Shown: positions 19,823 through 23,128 of the stretch, one piece after another
Position numbering within the stretch: the stretch's first letter is position 1
Layout: each line of letters opens with the position of its first letter
Assembly: GCA_041640575.1 (NCBI GenBank)
Contig: JBEPZZ010000028.1
Span: forward strand, 1-23,128
DNA length: 23,128 bases
Source: Pseudothermotoga sp.
Lineage (GTDB): Bacteria > Thermotogota > Thermotogae > Thermotogales > DSM-5069
Direction of reading: 5' to 3'
Translations under genes and position numbers: made by a program
The notes under the pieces: generated by a model
Seen by the model: only the letters and a program-made list of their open reading frames with translations
Told to the model about the DNA's origin: nothing
Database searches by the model: none

Positions 19823-20739
19823 TTTTCGAATACAATAGAAATTTACCATTCAATGATACTGTTCAGAGATGCGAAAGGTATGATCTTATATCTTTTGATG
19901 CGCCTTACGAACCAGACATTCCAGAATCAAAACGCATTTATGTGTACAGTTTCAAGTCGTTGAAACCTTGGATAAACTTGGTGTTCGTTCATGGAATAAG
20001 AAACGGTAACATACCATATTTGATGTGGTTTGCGGAGTACTTTCGGAATTTTGGAATTGAAACATACTACATGATTCTTCCTTATCACGCGCAAAGGGCA
20101 AGGCCAGACTGGGCTGGAGGCGAGCCGTTCTTTTCAACCTCACCCTCTTTTTGTAGCATTAGATTCCACCAGGCAGTTAAGGACGTTCGGAGAACCATAG
20201 ATTATATAGAAATGAATTCCTCGCTGCCAATAGCAATTATGGGCTTTAGCTTTGGGGGGATGATAACTACAATGGCACTGGCCCTTGATAAAAGAAGTAA
20301 GGCAGGTATTCTCGCTTTTGCTGGTGGAGATTGGTACTGGATAAATTGGTATTCACCATACACAAACTCGTTGAGAGAGGATTACAAAAAACAAGGCAAC
20401 GAAATTGGTTGTAAGAACGCAGAAACTTGTTTTGAAAACCGCAGAAATTCTTTGGAAAAGTTGTGGAAAATAAAAGAAGTTAATGAAATATTCGGTCTGA
20501 GTCCCCAATGTTTTCATTACGATCCAATAAGTTACGCAAGGTTTGTAGAACAACCAGTACTGTTCTTTCAAGGTCTATTCGACCGAGTAATCCTTCCATC
20601 CGCTTCGAACCAACTTTTCAAAAGACTTCCAAATGCAAGAAGAATTTGGATTCCATCTGGTCACAAATCCTCATATTTGTTCCGGGGGTTAATAGCTGCG
20701 AGTACAATCCATTTTCTGCGAAAAATTTTCATTCACTGA
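19819..20739 (+). CDS. Alpha/beta-fold serine hydrolase
   Basis: FVHG, nucleophile elbow GFSFGG, putative triad Asp (GLFDRVI) and His (SGHKS); ATGA overlap with pheT. Confidence 0.85.
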   Translation: MIFEYNRNLPFNDTVQRCERYDLISFDAPYEPDIPESKRIYVYSFKSLKPWINLVFVHGIRNGNIPYLMWFAEYFRNFGIETYYMILPYHAQRARPDWAGGEPFFSTSPSFCSIRFHQAVKDVRRTIDYIEMNSSLPIAIMGFSFGGMITTMALALDKRSKAGILAFAGGDWYWINWYSPYTNSLREDYKKQGNEIGCKNAETCFENRRNSLEKLWKIKEVNEIFGLSPQCFHYDPISYARFVEQPVLFFQGLFDRVILPSASNQLFKRLPNARRIWIPSGHKSSYLFRGLIAASTIHFLRKIFIH

Positions 20740-21277
20740 TGAGTGCATTCAAAGAAGGACAAAGCTGCTATAAAAATGGTTGAAAAAAGAAAAAGATCAG
20801 AGGTGAAATTTCTTTGCTAAATAGATATGAAATGCTCTCTTTTCCAACATGTGAATTACCATGATTTCAATTCTTACTCTGCTTTCCTTGTGCATACGGA
20901 ATCTTGATGGAAAGAATTCTAAAGTCAGATTAATACCTGTGGTGGAAGGTTTTAGGTAGAATCCACTCATTGCGTTGAGTGAGAAATATGCCAACGAATA
21001 ACTTAAGGGCTAGATCCTCTTCTAAAACAGCCGAGTAAGAAAGAATTCCACAGCTTCTTATGATGGCAATAAGCTTTTTACTAAGCTAAACATGATTCCA
21101 AACTGATCCCACACCAACATCTTTATTGGAACTTTTTTCGATCACCATTGATGAGTATGACTCCTTGGAAGGTTATAAAATTGAGCAAGCACACCCTGGT
21201 AGTTGCTATAAGAATTGTCTTTGATGCCATCACCAGAATTCAAGGTTCTGCGAATGCAAGATGCGTACTTTGGACGT

Positions 21278-21706
21278 GTATTTTCCTACTATCGCGTTTA
21301 CTTTTTCGCGATAAATCACTAGTTTTCAAGCTTTCGTTCACTTTCTTCACGGTGAATAAGTAAGTACCACATGATATCAGATTTCAAGTTCCTGAAATAT
21401 TTGGTGGTAACACCCACATTTTGCGGTGCAGGAACTAACGAAGCTACGTCAAGGAAAGAACCATCATAATCTTCATTCTTCGTTCAAACACGCTTGGAGC
21501 AGTGTTTGCCATTAAGAAGCTATCGATCCGGATTTCGAGGTGATCAAATCCGCATTGGTTTTTCTTGCTCCACAAATTCTAATTTCGTTTCTTCCAGGAT
21601 CTATCGTGATAAAAGCGATTGCAAAGTCAATTTTATCATTGGTAAGGTCCGGGAAAAACGAAAACTGTTGACTCTTACGACTTGTAACAGTATAAGCCCA
21701 TACATC
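21278..21706 (-). pseudogene. Probable eroded remnant of a polar amino-acid ABC transporter substrate-binding protein (family 3)
   Basis: Collinear fragments across stops and frameshifts: DLTNDKIDFAIAFITIDPGR (21649-21590), KTNADL..KSGSIA, KNEDYDGSFLD (21480-21448), VKKVNESLK (21350-21324) and VNAIVGKY (to 21278). Recognised by eye only. Confidence 0.4.
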
Positions 21707-21967
21707 TCATCCTTCACTTTCTTAAATCAGCAAATGTAGTCAATCAGGATTTAAACTCTTATTCGTGTTTGAGGAAAAGAAAAAGTCCACGTTACCGTTC
21801 AAAGTTTCTTCTTTCTCTAATCATGTTGTTGCTGCAAATTTGGTTTCGTGAATGATAGCCGATTCACAAGGATAGAACTTTTTGTTCGCGCTCTTGATAG
21901 TTCAGAATATTACGTCATTCCTCTTTTAGCATTCTTTGAACAACGAATCGAAAAAGTCATTAAAGTC

Positions 21968-21996
21968 TTGACTTTTTCAAAGTTTTCTGTCAAAAT
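21968..21996 (+). promoter_or_regulatory. Sigma70-type promoter of tRNA-Asp
   Basis: TTGACT-17 nt-CAAAAT with a TG extended -10, ending 12 nt upstream of the tRNA. Confidence 0.65.
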
Positions 21997-22008
21997 AATA
22001 AAGTGATT

Positions 22009-22086
22009 GGGGACGTGGTGCAGCCTGGTTAGCATGCCGGTCTGTCACACCGGTGGCCGCGGGTTCAAATCCCGTCGTCCCCGCCA
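22009..22086 (+). tRNA. tRNA-Asp(GTC)
   Basis: GGGGACG/CGTCCCC acceptor stem, CCGGT-CTGTCAC-ACCGG anticodon arm, GGTTCAAATCC T-arm, G73 and encoded CCA. Confidence 0.97.
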
Positions 22087-22112
22087 AAAGAGGGCGTGTG
22101 CCCTCTTTTTTT
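22086..22112 (+). terminator. Intrinsic terminator after tRNA-Asp
   Basis: AAAAGAGGGC-GTGT-GCCCTCTTTTTTT. Confidence 0.85.
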
Positions 22113-22113
22113 A

Positions 22114-22122
22114 TGGTATAAT
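22114..22122 (+). promoter_or_regulatory. Extended -10 promoter for the downstream ORF pair
   Basis: TGGTATAAT (TGnTATAAT) followed by SD GAGGTG (22129-22134) and GTG at 22140. Confidence 0.55.
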
Positions 22123-22139
22123 TTTTTTGAGGTGGACTT

Positions 22140-22685
22140 GTGCGCCTTTTGCTGGGCAAGCAAATAGTGCTGAAAGAATTTCTAGCGGTAGATCTCGTAA
22201 TCTCATGGGTTGATGAAATTGCTTCAGGTGCAAATGACTATTTAATTGGAAGTGAGAAAGGATTCATATATTTCAGTAGGAATTCCGATGAAATACTCTA
22301 CGGTAGTGGTGCAAATTTCCTTTCGGGTGCTTGTGGAAGGATGGCAGTATTGTGTTCTGACCTACCTTTAAAATGGGAAGACATTCTCAAGATGAAGGAA
22401 GAAGGGGCGACCTTTTTTGTTGTGTTTACACGTGCTGATAGGTTTGCTGATCTTCTTCTGGCTAAGAGTATTTGTTGGGGTTGCAGCTGCGAGTTTCAAG
22501 TTCCAATTGCGCTTGCTATCAAGAATTCTGATGTTGTGCATTATCAGCTTTCGGTACCAAACCAAGGTGAGAATGGGCTTGTGATTGATACGACAGCAAC
22601 CACGGTCTTCGATGTAGATGTTCTTGAAAGCTCAAGTGGCTTATTCTTTAACGTTAAGACTTCCGCTTGGAATTGGCTCAAATGA
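22140..22685 (+). CDS. Hypothetical protein, possibly a divergent carbon-nitrogen hydrolase (nitrilase) fold
   Basis: 181 aa with a good SD. GRMAVLCSDL...MKEEGATFFVV...CWGCSCEFQVPIALA resembles the nitrilase GxxICYD...GA.....RAxENQV segment. The CDS is well supported; the fold call is tentative. Confidence 0.65.
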   Translation: MRLLLGKQIVLKEFLAVDLVISWVDEIASGANDYLIGSEKGFIYFSRNSDEILYGSGANFLSGACGRMAVLCSDLPLKWEDILKMKEEGATFFVVFTRADRFADLLLAKSICWGCSCEFQVPIALAIKNSDVVHYQLSVPNQGENGLVIDTTATTVFDVDVLESSSGLFFNVKTSAWNWLK

Positions 22686-23128
22686 GTTTCAGTGTTTTCC
22701 TTCTCAAGTTTTTAGCATCGAAGAAAATAATTAAAACATCTCTGAATAAGATTATTACCCCTAGAAGGAATAACAAAAGTAATTTTCTGAGAGTAGCTAT
22801 TGTTCAGCTCGAACATACTCGAGTACCGTCTGTAAAATCCTTTGTGACACTTTTAAATCGTTTTCTGAATAGAATGTGCGACTTTTGCCCGGATATAATA
22901 GTTTTCCCTGCTTTGATGGATACCCTGCTTTTTGGAATCTTTCCTCTACCACTTTTTAAGAAAAGTTTTCGCTCTATGGTCAAGAAATACTCTGGACTAA
23001 CTTCGAGAGTTTGTGAAACTGTCATGGCAGAGATTTCTCGCAGGTGGCAATGTTCAGTAATTTTTGGGACAACTCGAGGTTTGTTCATATACCACGAGGG
23101 TCAACGAATGGAAAATATATTATCAACT
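22682..23128 (+). CDS. Carbon-nitrogen hydrolase (nitrilase)-like protein, N-terminal part; continues beyond the window
   Basis: Absent from the ORF track. ATG 22682 (ATGA overlap with the previous stop) opens 149 uninterrupted codons: MSFSVFLLKF...LRVAIVQLEH...CPDIIVFPAL...AEISRRWQCSVIFGT. Confidence 0.75.
   Translation, partial: MSFSVFLLKFLASKKIIKTSLNKIITPRRNNKSNFLRVAIVQLEHTRVPSVKSFVTLLNRFLNRMCDFCPDIIVFPALMDTLLFGIFPLPLFKKSFRSMVKKYSGLTSRVCETVMAEISRRWQCSVIFGTTRGLFIYHEGQRMENILST

Noticed and set aside
20930..21085. - strand frame LSKKLIAIIRSCGI...EEDLALKLFVGIFLTQRNEW faintly resembling an IS256 transposase C-terminus
   Set aside because: Similarity is too weak and short, with no terminal inverted repeats, target duplication or other transposase segments seen.
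22007..22213. ORFs overlapping tRNA-Asp (22007-22213 + and 21977-22159 -)
   Set aside because: Artefacts of the tRNA and terminator sequence.
22804..23088. 94 aa - strand ORF
   Set aside because: Antisense shadow of the uninterrupted + strand nitrilase-like ORF starting at 22682.

Overview
This is a bacterial chromosomal window. Gene content and protein style suggest Thermotogota, possibly Pseudothermotoga-like, but that is inferred from recall and not from a search. From left to right it holds: a chimeric left edge where an internal sulfotransferase fragment (- strand) is joined head-to-head to a 5'-truncated signal peptidase I; upp; an orphan tripartite tricarboxylate transporter (tctA-tctC-tctB); tRNA-fMet and tRNA-Leu (-); and flgB-flgC-fliE (-). 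A ~13.8 kb run of tightly coupled + strand genes follows: DUF47, mazG, PpiC-type PPIase, mtnA, yaaR-like, holB, ricT/PSP1, DUF2905, tkt, rnc, radical SAM, pheS, pheT and an alpha/beta hydrolase. The right end has a ~1.25 kb eroded region with a probable amino-acid ABC binding-protein remnant, tRNA-Asp, and two overlapping, very divergent nitrilase-fold ORFs; the second runs off the window and is missing from the ORF track. Most of the window is housekeeping. I found no CRISPR array or intact mobile element, and no convincing large novel system. The best leads are the left-edge chimera, the nitrilase-like pair and the RNA structures within the transporter operon.
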